From: the human T2T-CHM13v2.0 reference genome, Homo sapiens
Direction: 5' to 3'
DNA length: 64,000 nt
Assembly: GCA_009914755.4 (NCBI GenBank)
Contig: CP068257.2
Location: forward strand, 8,128,001-8,192,000
Part shown: positions 1 through 15,000 of the stretch, piece by piece
Layout of the letters: every line of letters begins with the position of its first letter
Numbering within the stretch: position 1 is the stretch's first letter
The notes under the pieces: model-generated
Database searches by the model: none
Told to the model about the DNA's origin: nothing
Seen by the model: only the letters and a program-made list of their open reading frames with translations
Program-made: the position numbers and the translations under genes

Positions 1-3000
1 TTCGAGTACTTTCTATACCAGTCCATACCATTCCACTCCAATACATTCGATTCCATTCCATTTGATTCCAATGTATACTATTTCATTCCATTCCAAAATA
101 TTGCATTCCTTTCCATTCCATTCTATTCGAATAAATTCCTTTCGAGACCATTCCATTCGGGTCCATTCTATTTGATTCCATTCCTTTCGAGTCCATTACA
201 TTTGCATCCATTCCATTCCATTGCATTCCACTTGATGCTATTCCATTCTGTTCTATTTCATTCGAGTCCATTGCATTTGAGTCCGTTCCACTCCATTCCA
301 TTCCATTCCATTCGACTTCATTCCATTAGATTCTACTCCATTCGAATCCATTCCTTTCCATTCCGTTCCATCCGATTCCATTCCATTCTATTCCGTTCCA
401 TTCCATTCCATGCCATTTGTTTCCATTCCATTCGAATCCATTCCACTCAAGTCCATTCCATTCGAGTCCATTCCAATTCAGTGCATTCCATTCGATTCCA
501 TTCCATTCCATTCCATTCAGTTCCATCCAATTCCATTTCATTCTGCTCCTTTCCATTCCATTCCAGTCGTTTCCATTCATTCGAGTCAATTGCCCTCCAG
601 TCCATTGCATTGGAATCCATTCCATTCGAGTCCATTGCATTCGAGTCCATTCCATTCAAGTCCATTCCATTCCATTCCATTCCATTCCATTCCATTCCAT
701 TCCACACGATATCATTGCATTGCCCTCCATTCCATTCCACACGATATCTGTGCATTGCACTCTATTCCATTCCATTCCATTCCATTCAATTGTATTCCAT
801 TCGATTCCATTCCATTTGATTCCATTTCATTATACTCCATTCCATTCGAGTCTATTACCTTCCATTCCATTAAATTCCATTTCTTTCCATTCGATTGCAC
901 TGAGTTCTATTCCATTTTGTCCCAACTCCATTCCACTCGGTTCTATTCCATTCGAATACATTCCATTCCATTCCATTCCATTCCATTCCATTCCATTCCA
1001 TTCCTCTCGATTCCACTCTGTGGCAGTCCTTTGCTGTCCATTCTATTCCATTCCATTGTTTTCCATTCCATTCCTTTTGATTACATTCCATTCGATTCCA
1101 TTCCATATGAATCAATTACATTGCAATCCATTGCATTAGATTCCATTCTATTACAGTCCATTAAATTCTGTTCCATTCCACTCCATTCCAATACATTCGA
1201 TTCCATTCCATTCGGTTCTATTCCATTCGACTCCATTCCATTCCATTCCATCCGATTCCATTCCATTCTATTCCTTTCCATTCCTTTCCATTCTATTCCA
1301 TTTGTTTCCATTCCGTTTGAGTCCATTCCACTCCAACGCATTCCATTCAAGTCCTTTCCATTCCATTCTATTCCATTCCACTCTATTTGATTCACTTCCA
1401 CTCAATTCTACTCCGCTCCATTCCCTTGCATTGCATTCCATTCCATTCCTTTCCATTTCATTTGATTACATTCCATTCAATTCCTTTCCATTCAAATCAA
1501 TTACTTTACAATCAATTATATTTGTGTCCGTTCTAATCCATTCCATTCATTTCCAGTCCATTCCATTCGATTCCATTCAATTCGATTCCATTCCGTACTA
1601 TTGCATTCTGTTCGATTCCATTCTACTTGAATAAATTCCATTGGAGACCATTCCTATCTAGTCCATTCCATCTGAGTCCATTCCATTCGAGTCCATTACT
1701 TTTGTGACCATTCCAATATATTCCATTAAATTCCATTCGATTCTATTCCATGCGAGTCCATTCCATTCGAGTCCATTGCATTCCATTCCATTTGGTGCAA
1801 TTCCATTCTAATCTATTCCTTTCAACTCCATTAAACTCCATTCCGTTCCACCTGACTCCAATCCATTCTATTTCTTTCCGTTCCATTCCATTCCTTTTCA
1901 TTCCATTCCATTAGAGTCCATTCCACTCCAGCCTACTCCATTTGAGTCCATTCCACCCCAGTCCATTCCATTCGATTCCAATCCTTTCAAGTCTATTCCA
2001 TTCCATTCCATTCCATTCAATATCTTTCTATTACACTCCATTCCTTTCTACTCCTTTTGATTACATTCAATTCCATTCCATTTGTTTCCATTCCATTCTA
2101 TTCCATTCCTATCGACTCCATTCCATTCGAGTTCGTTGCATTCTATTCAATTCCCTTACATTCAATGCCACAGCATTCAATTCCATTTTGTTACAGTCCA
2201 TTCTATTCGAGTCCATTCCATTCCATATCATTCGATGCCATTCCATTCGATTCTATTCCATTCGACTCCCTTCCCTTCCTTTCCATTCCATCCGATTCCA
2301 TTCCATTCTATTCCTTTCCATTCAGTTCCATTGCATTACATTCAATTGCATTCCTTTCCATTTCATTCGTTTGTATTCCATTCGTCGCCATTCCATTCCA
2401 TTCCATTCCAACCGATTCCACTACATTCTACACTTTTCCGTTCAATTCCATTCCATTTCATTCCGTTCATTTCTGTTCCATTCGATTCCACTCCACTCCA
2501 GTCCATTCCATTCGAGTCCATTCCATTCGAGTCCAATCCATTCCTTTCCATTCGATATCTATCCATTACACTCCATTCCATTCAAATCATTTTGATTCCA
2601 TTCAATTCCAATCCACTCGATTCCATTTCATTCGATTCCATTCCATTCGACTCCATTCCATTCGATTCCAATCCATTCGATTTCATTCCATTACGTTCGA
2701 TTCCAATCCTTTCCTTCCCATTTTGTTGAAGTCCATTCCATTCGAGTCCCTTCCCTTCGAGTCCATTCATTTCGATTCCATTCCATTCGATTCCATTCCA
2801 CTCATTTCCACTCCATTCCATTCCATTGCATTCCATTCTATTCCATTCCACTGCATTCCATTCCATTCCATTTGATTACATTCCATTCAATTCCATTCCA
2901 TTCGAATCAATTACCTTACAATCCATTACATTCCAGTCTGTTCTATTCTAGTCCATTCCATTCCGGTGCATTACATTCAAATCCATTCCATTCGATTCCA

Positions 3001-6000
3001 TTCCATTTGTTTCCATTCCATACTATTGAATTCCATTCGATTCCATTATTTTCGAATAAATTTCATTCGAGACCATTACTTTCAAGTGCGTTCTATTTGA
3101 TTCCATTGCATTACAGTCCATTATGTTTGGTCCATTCCATTCCATTCCATTCGATGTCATTCCATTCTAGTCCATTCCATTCCTGTCCATTCCATTCGAG
3201 CAGATTCCATTCTATTCCAATCCATTCGATGCCATTTAATTCCATTCTATTCCATTCGACTCCGTTCCATACCATTCCATTCCATCCGATTTCATTCCAT
3301 TCTATTCCTTTCCATTCCATTCCATTCCATTTGATGCCATTCCAAATGATTCTATTCCATTCGAGTCCATTCCACTCGTGTCCAATCCATTCCATTGCAT
3401 TCCATTCCAATCCATTTGATGCGATTTAATTCCATTCTATTCCTCTCGACTCCGTTCCACTCCATTCCGTTCCATCCGTTTGCATTCCATTCTATTCCAT
3501 TCCATTCCATTTGTTTCCATTCCATTCGAGTCCTTTCCATTTTATTCCATTCCATTCGATATCATTCCATTACACCAAATTCCATTCTATTCATTTTGAT
3601 TTCATTCAATTCCATTTCATTTGATTCCATTCCATTCGGTTCCAATCCATTCGACTTCATTTGATTCAAGTCCATTCCATTCCAATCCATCCCTTTACAT
3701 TCCACTGGATTCCAATCCGTTTGATTCCATTTTGTTCCAGTCCATTCCATTGCAGTCCATTCCACTCCATTCCTTTCCATTCGATGGCATTCCATTTGAT
3801 TCCATTCCACTTAATTCCACTCCATTCCATTCCATTGCATTCCATTATATTCCATTCCATTGCTTACCATTCCATTCAATTTGATAATCTTAAATTCGAT
3901 TCCATTCCATACAAATCAATTACGTTGCAATCCAATACATTCGAGTCCATTCTATTCCAGTCCATTTCATTCCTGTCCATTCCATTCGATTCTATTCCAT
4001 TTGATTCCATTCCATACATTTGCATTCCATTCGATTCCATTCTGTTCAAATAAATTCCATTCGAGACCATTCTTTTTGAGTCCAATCTATTTAAGTCCAT
4101 TCCATTCGAGTCCATTATATTTGGGTACATTCCATTCCATTCCATTCCATTGCATTCCATTTCACTCGATGTCATTCCATTCGATTCTATTCCATTCTTC
4201 TCTATTCCATTCTATTTTGTTCAATTTGATTCCATTACATTCTAGTCCTTTCCATTCTATTGTTTCCATTCCTTTCGTTTCCATTCTATTCGAGTCCATT
4301 CCATTCAGGTCCATTCCTTTCCATTCCATTTGATGCCATTCCAATCGATTCTATTGCATTCGACTCCATTCCATTCCATTTCTTTCCATCCGATTCCTTT
4401 ACTTTCTATTCCTTTCCATTTCATTCCATTCCATTCTATTCCATTCCAGTCCATTCCATTCGAGTCCCTTCCATTGCATTCCATTCCACTCGATATCTTT
4501 CCATTACACCCAATTCCATTCTATTCCTTTCGATTCCATTCCATTCCGTTCCATTCCAATCCATTCCATTCGGTTCTATTCCATTTGACTCCATTCCTTT
4601 CGAGTCCGTTGCATTCCATTCAATCCCATTCTGTTAAATTCGATTCCAATCCTTTCGATTCCATTTTGTTGCAGTACATTGCATTCGAGTCCATTCCATT
4701 CCATTCCCTTCCATACCATTCGATGCCATTCCATTTGATTCTATTCCATTCGACTCCATTGAATTCCATTCAGTTCAATACGATTCCATTACATTCTATT
4801 CCTTTGCATTAAATTCCATTCCATTCCATTCCATTCCATTCCATTCCATTCGTTTCCATTCCTGTTGAGTCCATTCCAATCGAGTCCATTCCATTCCCGT
4901 CCATTCCATTCGATTCTATTCCATTCGATACCATTCTATAGTTTGCATTCCATTCGATTCCATTCTGTTCAAATAAATTCCATTCGAGACCATTCCTTTA
5001 GTGTCCATTCTATTTGGGTCCATTCCATTCGAGTCCATTACATTTGTGTCCATTCCATTCTATTCCTTTCTCTTTGATTCCAATCCATTTGATTCCATTT
5101 TTTTCCAGTCCATTCAATTCGAGTTCATTCCATTCCAGTCCATTCGATGACCTTGCAATCGATTCTATTCCATTCTGCTCCATTCCATTCCATTCCGTTC
5201 CAACCGATTCCATTTCATTCTATTCCTTTCCATTCCATTCCATTCCATTCCATTCCATTCCAATTGCTTCCATTGCATTCGATTCCAATCCACTCCAGTC
5301 CATTCCCTTCAAGTCCATTCCATTCCAGTCCATTCCTTTCGAGTCCATTCCAAGCAATTCCATTCGATGTTTTTCCATTACACTCCTTTCCATTCTCTAT
5401 CTTTAGATTCCATTCAGTTCCATTCCATTCAATTCAACTGCAGTCAATTAAATTCCATTTGACACCATTCCATTCGAGTTCATTCCACTCCAGTCCATTC
5501 CATTCGAGTCCATTCCCTTCCATTCCATTCTATTTGATAGCTTTCTATTACACTCCATTCCATTCTATTGCTTTGGATTCCATTCAATTCCATTCCATTC
5601 GATTCCATTCCATTTGACTCCATTCCATTCGAGTCCATTACAATCCATTCCATTCCATTCCATTCCAACGCTTTCGACTCCATTTTTTCCCGTCCATTAC
5701 CTTCAATTCCATTCCATTTGATTCCATTCTACTCGATTCCTCTCCGTTCCATTCCAATGCATTGCATTCTATTCCATTGCATAGCATTCCATTCCATTCC
5801 ATTTGATTACATTCCATTCTATTCCATTCCATTCATATCAATTACATTGCATTCCGTTAATTTGCAGTCCGTTCTATTCCATTCCATTCCATTCTGGTCC
5901 ATTCCATTCAATTCCATTCCATTCGATTCCGTTCCATACTACTGCATTCCATTCAATTACATTCTATTTGATTATATTCCATTCGAGACCATTCCATTCG

Positions 6001-9000
6001 AGTCCATTCTATTTGAGTACATTCCATTTGAGTCCATTATATTTGGGTCCATTCCTTTCCATGCCATTCCATTCCACTCGATTCCATTCCATTCGATTAT
6101 ATTCAATTCGAGTCCATTCCACTCGAATTCATTCCATTCCATTCCATTCCATTCCATTCCATTCCAGTCCATTCCGTTTGATGCCATTCCATTCGACTCC
6201 ATTCCAGTCGAAGCCACTCCTGTCCACTCCATTCAATTCCATTCCTTTCTATTCCAATCCGTTTGATTCCATTTTGTGCCAGTCCATTCTATTGAAGTCC
6301 ATTCAATTCCAGTCCGTTCCATTCGATTCCATTCCATTTGATTCCATTCCACTCAATTCCACTCTGTTACATTCCATTGCATTCCATTCTATTCCATTCC
6401 ATTGCATTCCATTCCATTCTATTTGATTACATTGCATTCGATTCCATTCCATTCGATTCCATTCCATTCCAATCAATTATATGGCAATCCATTACATTCG
6501 AGTCCATTCTATTCTATTCCATTCCATTCCAGTCCATTCCATTCGATTACATTCCAGTCGATTCAATTCCATACTATTGCATTTCATTCGATTCCATTCT
6601 ATTTGAATAAATTCCATTAGTGACCATTCCATTTGAGTCCATTCTATTTGATTCAATTCCATTCGAGCCCATTACATTTCAGTCCAATCCATTCCATTCC
6701 TCTCCTTTCCAATACATTCGATGCCACTCCATTCAATTCTATTCCATTTGAGTCCATTACCTTCGAGTCCATTCCATTCCATTGCATTCCATTCGATGCC
6801 ATTCTACTCGATTCTATTCCATTTAACTCCAATTCTTTCCATTCCGTTCCATCCGATTCCTTTCTCTTCTATTCCTTTCCATTCTATTCAATTCCATTCC
6901 ATTCATTATATTTCCATTACACTCCATTCCATTCTATTCCTTTTGATTCTATTCAATTCCATTCCATTCGATTCCATTCCACTTGGTTCCATTCCATTCC
7001 ACTCCATTCCACTCCATTCCATTCGTTATATTTCCATCACACTCCTTTCCATTCTATTCCTTTCTATTCCATTCAATTCCATTCCATTCGATTCCATTCC
7101 ATTCGGTTCCATTCCATTCGACTCCAATCCATTCGACTCCGTTCCATTCCAATCCGTTCCGTTCATTTCGATTCCAATCCGCTCCATTACATTTTGTTCC
7201 AGTCCATTACATTCCAGTACATTCCATTCGATTCCATTCCATTCATTTGCATTCCATTCAATTCCATTCCACTCAATTCCACTCCGTTCCACTCCATTAC
7301 ATTCCATTCTATTCCATTCCATTGCACTCCATTCCATTCCATTTGATTACATTCCATTCGATTCCATTCCATTCGAATCAATTACATTGCAGTCCATTAC
7401 ATTCATGCCCTTTCTATTAAAGTCCAGTCCATTATGGTCCATTCCATTCCATTCTATTCCATTCCATTCGAATCAATTACTTTGCAATCCATCACATTCG
7501 AGTACGTTCTGTTCCAGTCCATTCAATTCTGGTCTATTCCATTCAATTCCACTCCATTTGATTCCATTCCATTCTAGTACATTCCGCTGGATTCCATCCT
7601 ATTCAAATAAGTTCCATTCGAGACCATTTCTTCGAGTCAAATCAATTTGAGTCCATTCCATTCAAGTCCATTACATCTGGGTCTATTCCATTCCATTCCA
7701 TTCCATTCCATTCGATGCCATTCAATTTGATTCATTTCCTTTCAACTCCATTCCATTCCATTCAGTTCCATCCGATTCCATTCCATTGTATTCCTTTCCA
7801 TTTCATTGCATTCCATTCCATTCCACTGGAGACCATTCCACTCAAGTGCATTTCATTTGAGTCTATTCCATTCCATTCCATTCCATTCGATATCTTTCCA
7901 TTACACTTCATTCCATTCTATTCCTTTACAATCCATTCAATTCCATTCTATTTGATTCCATTCAATACAATTCCATTACATTCGACTCCATTTCATTCGA
8001 GTCCATTGCATTCCATTCCATTCCATTCCTTTATGTTCTATTCCATTCCATTCGATTCCGTTTTGTTCCAGTCCATTCCACTCGAGTCCATTGCATTACA
8101 GTGCAAACCATTTGATTCCATTCCATTCGATTCTATTCCACTCCGTTCCATTCCTTTGCGTTCCTTTCTATTCCATTCAATTGCATTCCATTCCATTCCA
8201 TTTGATTACATTCCATTGAATTCCAATCCATTTGAATCAATTACATTGCAGTCCATTACATTCGAGTTTGTTCTATTCCAGTCCATTCCACTCTGGTGCA
8301 TTCCATTCGATTCCATTCCATTTGATACCATTCCATACTATTGCATTCCATTCGATTCCATTCCATTCGATACCATTCCATACTATTGCATTCCTTTCGA
8401 TTCCATTCTTTTCGAATAAATTCCATTCGAGACCATTCCTTTCGTGTCCATTCTATTTGACTCCATTCTATTCAAGTCCATTAAATTTGTGCACATACCA
8501 TTCCATTCCATTCGGTGCCATTCCAGTCCACTCTATTCCATTCAAGTCCATTACATTCGAATCCATTCCATTCCATTCGATGCCATTCGATTCGATTCTA
8601 TTCCATTCGACTCCATTCCATTCCATTCCCTTCCAAACGGTTCCATTCCATTCTATTACTTTCCATTCCATTTCATTCCATTCCATTCCATTCCATTCCA
8701 TTCCATTCCATTCCATTTCGTTCCGTTCCTTTCTGTTCCGTTCCGTTTTGTTCCATTCCATTCCATTCCATTCCATTCCATTCCATTCCATTCCATTTCA
8801 TTCCATTCCATTCCATTTGCTTCCATTCCATTAGAGTCCATTCCACTCCAGTCCATTCCATTCGTGTCCATTCCATTCGTGTCCACTGCATTCCATTCCA
8901 CTCCATTCCATATTATTCCATTACACTCCATTCTATTCTGTTACTTTCATTTCCATTCAATTCCATTCCATTTGATTCCATCCCACTCGGTTTCATTCCA

Positions 9001-12000
9001 TTCGACTCCATTCCATTTGAGTCCATTCCATTCCATTCCATACAGTTCCATTCCATTTGAGTCCATTCCATTCCATTCCATACAGTTCCATTCCATTCCG
9101 TTCCATTCCATTCCATTCCATTCCATTATGTTCCATTCCATTCCATTCCATTCCATTCCATTCCATTCGCTTCCATTCCATTTTGTTCCATTCCATTTTG
9201 TTCCGTTCCATTCCATTCGAATCCATTCCATTCCATTCCATTCCATTTCATTCCATTCGACTGCATTCCATTCGAATCCATTCCATTCCATTCCATTCCA
9301 TTTCATTCCATTCGACTGCATTCCATTCGAATCAATTGTTTTGCAATCCCTTACATTCAAGTCTGTTCTATTCCAGGCCATTACATTCTGGTCCATTCCA
9401 TTCGATTCCATTCCATTTGATTCCATTCCATTCTATTGCATTCCATTCGATTCCATTCTATTCGAATAAATTCCATTCGAGACCATTTCTTTCGAGTCCA
9501 TTCCATTCGAGTCCATTACATTTGGGTCTATTCCGTTCCGTTCCATTCCATTCCAATCCATTCAATGTCATTCCATGTGATTCTATTCCATTAGACTCCA
9601 TTCCATTTCATTCCATTCCATCCGATTCCATTCCATTCTATTCCTTTCCATTCCATTCCATTCCATTCGTTTACAATCCATTTGAGCCCATTCAACTCCA
9701 GTGCCTTTCATTTGAGTCCATTCCATTGCATTCCATTCCATTCCACTCCATTCCATTCCATTCCAATTGATTCGATTCCCTTCCACTCAATTCCACTCCA
9801 TTTCATTCCATTGCATTCCATTCCATTCCATTCCATTCCATTCCTTTCCATTCCATTTGATTACATTCGATTCAAGTCCATTCTATTCGAATCTGTTACT
9901 TTTCAATCGATTATATTTGAGTCCGTTCTAATCCAGTCCATTCCATTCTGGTACGTTCCTTTTGATTGCATTCCATTCGAATACATTCCATACTATTGCA
10001 TTCCATTCGATTCCATTGTATTAGAATAAATTGCGTTCGAGACCTACCTTTCAAGTCCATTCTTTTTCAGCCCATTCCATTCAATTCCATTACATTTGGG
10101 TCCATTCCATTCCATTCCATTGCATTCGATGCTATTCCATTCGAATCTATTACTTTCGTGTATATTCCATTCCATTCCATTCCATTCCATTCCATTCTGT
10201 ATTTTTCCATTAAACTCCATTCCATTCTATTCCTGTCGATTGCATTCAATTCCATTCCATTCGATTCCTGTCCATTTGATTCCATTCCATTCAACTCCAT
10301 TCCATTCAAGTCCATTCCATTCCATTCCATTCAATTCCATTCCATTCGATTCCAATCCATTCAATTCCACTTTGTTCAAGTCGTTTCCAATAGAGTCCAT
10401 TCCATTCCAGTCCATTCCATTCGATTCCTTTCCATTCGATTCCATTCCATTCTATTCTGTTCCATCCGATTTCATTGCACTCTATTCCCTTCCCTTCCAT
10501 TCCATTCTATTCCATTCCATTCAATGCCATTCAATTCTATTCTATTCCTTTTGAGTCCATTCCATTCGAGTCCATACCATTTCAATCCATTCCATTCCAT
10601 AACATTCGATGCCATTCCATTCGATTCTACTCCATTAGATTCCATTCCATTCCATTCTGTTCCATCTGATTCCATTGCATTCTATTCCCTTCTCTTCCAT
10701 TCCCTTCTCTTCCATTCCATTCGATGCCATTCAATTCTATTCTATTCCCTTTGAATCCATTTCATTCGAGTCCATACCATTTCAATCCATTCCATTCCAT
10801 TCGATGCCATTCCATTCAATTCTATTCTATTTGACTCAGTTAAACTCCATTCCTTTCCATCCAATTCCTTTCCTTTCTATTCCTTTCCACTGCATTCCAA
10901 TCCATTCCATTCGATTCCATTCCATTCAATTCCATTCTTCTCCAGTCCATTCCTTTCGAGTCCATTCCATTGCAGTCCATTCCATTCGAGTCCATTCCAT
11001 TCCATTCCATTCGATAACTTTCCATTAATCTCCATTCCATTCTATTCCTTTCGATTCCATTCAATTCCATTCCATTCGATATCTTTCCATTACACTCCAT
11101 TCCATTCTGTTCCTTTCGATTCCATTCAATTCCACTCCATTCGATTCCATTCCACTCGATTCCATTCCATTCAACTCCATGCCGTTCATGTCCATTCCAT
11201 TCCATTCCGTTCCATTCTATTCCAATCCGTCACTTTCCATTTTGTTCCAGTCAATTCCACTCGAGTCCATTCCATTGCAGTCCATTCCATTCGAGTCCAT
11301 TCCATTCCATTCCATTCGATATCTTTCCATTACTCTCCATTCCATTCTATTCCTTTCGATTCCATTCAATTCCATTCCATTCGATATCTTTCCTTTACAC
11401 TCCATTCCATTCTATTCCTTTTGATTCCATTCAGTTCCATTCCATTCAATTCCATTCCATTCAATTCCATTCCATTCGACTCCATGCCATTCATGTCCAT
11501 TCCATTCCATTCCATTCCGTTCCATTTGATTCCAATACGTTACTTTCCATTTTGTTCCAGTCAATAACACTCGAGTACATTCCATTGCAGTCCATTCCAT
11601 TTGATTCCCTTCCATTCGATTCGATTAAATTCCATTTGATTCCATTCCACTAAATTTCATTCCATTCCATTCCATTGCATTCCATTCTATTCCATTCCAT
11701 TGCATTCCATTCTATTCCATTCCATTGCATTCCATTCCATTCCATTTGATTTCATTCCATTCAATTCCAAGGCATTCAAATGAATTACATTACAATCCAT
11801 TACATTCGAGTCCTTTCTATTCCAGTCCATTCCATTCTTGTCCATTCCATTTGATTCAACTCCATTCAATACCATTTGATACTATTGCACTCCTTTGGAT
11901 TCCATTCTATTTGAATAAATTCCATTCGAGACCATTCCTTTTGAGTCCATTCTATTTGAGTCCATTCCATTCGTGTCCATTACATTTGGGTCCGTTCCAT

Positions 12001-15000
12001 TGCATTCCATTCCATTCCTTTCTATTCCATTTGATACCATTACATTAGAATCTATTCCATTAGAGCCCATTCCATTCGAATGCATTCCATTCCATTCCAT
12101 TCCATGCCATTCGATTCGATTCTATTCTATTCGACTCCATTCCATTTCATTCGGTTCCATCTGATTCCACTCCATTCTTGCCCTTTCCATACCATTCCAT
12201 TCCATTGGTTTCCATTCCATTGGAGTCCATTCCACTCCATCCCATTCCATTCGAGTCCATTCCATTCCAGTCCATTTCATTTGAGTCCATTCCATTCCAT
12301 TCAATTCCACTTGATATCTTTCCTTTTCATTCCTTTCCATTCTTTTCCTTTCGATTCCATTCAATTCCATTCCATTCGATTCCATTCCACTGTATTCCTT
12401 TCCATTCGACTCCATTCCATTCGAATCCATTCCTTTTCATTCCATTCCATTCCATTCCTTTCTGTTCGACTTCATTCCGTTCGATTCCTATTTGTTGCAG
12501 TCCATTCCATTCGAGTCCATTCCATTCCAGTCCATTCAATTCGATTCCATTCCATTCGATTCCCTTCCATTTGATTCCATTCCACTCGTTTCCACTCCAT
12601 TGCATTCCATTGCATTCCATTCTATTCCATTCCATTGCATATCATTACATTTCCTATGATTACATTCCATTTGATTCCATTCAGCTCAAATCAATTGGAT
12701 TGCAATCTATTACATTCGAGTCCGTTCTATTCCAGTCCATTCCATTCTCGTCCATTACTTTCGATTCCATTCCATACTATTGCATTCCATTCGATTCCAC
12801 TGTATTCGAATAAATTCCATTCAAGACCATTCCTTTTTAATCCATTCTATTTGAGTCTATTACATTCAAGTCCATTACATTTGGGTCCATCCAATTCCAG
12901 TCCATACCATTCGATGTCATTCCATTCTATTCTATTCCATTCTACTCCATTCCATTCCATTAAATTCCATTCCATTCTGTTCCATTCGATTCCAATCCAT
13001 TACATTCCATTTTGTTCCAGTCAGTTCCACTCAAGTCCATTCCATTTTATTCCATTCAATTCCACTCGAGTACATTCCATTCCAGTCCATTCCATTCGAT
13101 TCCATTCCTTTCGATTCCATTCCATTCAATTCGATTAAATTCCATTTGATTCCATTCCACTCTATTCCATTCTGTTCCATTCCACTGCATGCCATTCTAT
13201 TCCATTCCTTTGCATTCCATTCCATTTCGTTTGATTACATTCCATTCAATTTCAAGGCATTCGAATCAATTACATTTCCATCCATTACATTCGAGTGTTT
13301 TCTATTCCAGTCCATTCCATTCCAGTCCATTCCATTTGATTAAATTCCATTCGATTCATTTAGATACTATTACATTCCTTTCGATTCCATTCTATTCGAA
13401 TAAATTCCATTCGAGACCATTCCTTTCGAGTCCATTCTATTTGACTGCATTCCATTCGTGTACATTACATCTGGGTCCGTTCCATTGCATTCCATTCCAT
13501 TCCTTTCCATTCCATTCCATGCCATTACTTTCGCTTCTATTCCATTAGAGTCCATTCCATTCGAGTCCATTCCATTCCATTCCATTCGATGTCATTCCAC
13601 ACGATTCTATTCCATTCGATTCCATTCCATTCCATTCAGTTCCATCCTATTCCATTCCATTGTAGTCCTTTCCATTCCATTCCATTCATTTCCTTTCCAT
13701 TCGAGCCCATTCCACTCCAGTCCATTTCATTCGAGTCCATTCCACTCCAGTCCATTTCATTCCATTCCATTCCGTTCAATTCCATTTGATATCTTTCCAT
13801 TTCACTCCGTTCCATTCCATTGCATTCTATTTAATTGCATTTCATTCCACTGCATTCCATTCGTGTCCATTCCTTTTCATTCCTTTCCATTCCATTGCAT
13901 TCTGTTCTACTTCAATCCATTCGATTCCATTTTCTTCCAGTCCATTCCATTCGAGTCCATTCCATTCCAGTCCATTTGATTTGATTCCATTCCATTTGAT
14001 TCCCTTCCTTTCGATTCCATTCCACTCAATTCCACTCCGTTCCTTTCCATTGAATTCCATTCCATTCCATTCCATTGCATACCATTGCATTCCATATGAT
14101 TTCATTCCATTTGATTCCATACAACTCAAATCAATTGGATTGCAATGAATTACAATCGAAACCATTTTATTCCAGTCCATTCCATTCTGGTCCATTCCAT
14201 TTAATTCCATTCCATACTATTGCGTTCCATTTGATTGCACTGTATTCGAATAAATTCCATTAGAGACCATTCCTTTTTAATAAATTATATTTGAGTCTAT
14301 TGCATTCGAGTTCAATACATTTGGGTCCATCCAATTCCATTCCATTCCATTCGATGCCATTGCATTCGATTCTATTCCATTCGAGTCCATTCCATTTGAT
14401 TCCATTCCGTTCCATTCCATTCCATTCGATCACATTCCTTTCGATTCCATTCTGCTCCAGTCCATTCCATTCGAGTACTTTCCATTCGAGTCCGTTCCAT
14501 TGGAATCCATTCCATTCCATTCCATTGCTTTCGATATCTTTCCATTACACTCCATTCCATTCTATTTCTTAAGATTCAATTCAATTCCATTCCTTTCTGT
14601 TTCGTTCCATTTGACTCCATTCCATTCAAGTCCATTCCATTTCATTCCATTCTGTCCGATTCAATTCCGTTCAATTCCATTTTGATCCAATCCAATCCGT
14701 TCGAGTCCATTCTATTTGTTTCCCTTCCATTCCATTCCATTCCTTTCGATGCCATTCCATTCAATTCTATTCAAGTCCATTCCGTCTGAGTCCATTCGAT
14801 TCCATTCCAATCCACTCCATTCCATTAGATGCCATTCCATTTGATTCTAATCCACTCAACTCCATTCCATTCCATTCCTTTCCATCCGATTCCATTCCGT
14901 TCTATTCCTTTCCATTCCATTCCATTCCATTCCATTCATTTCCATTGCTTTTGAGTTTTTTCCTCTCCAGTCCATTCCATTCGAGTCCATTCCATTGCAA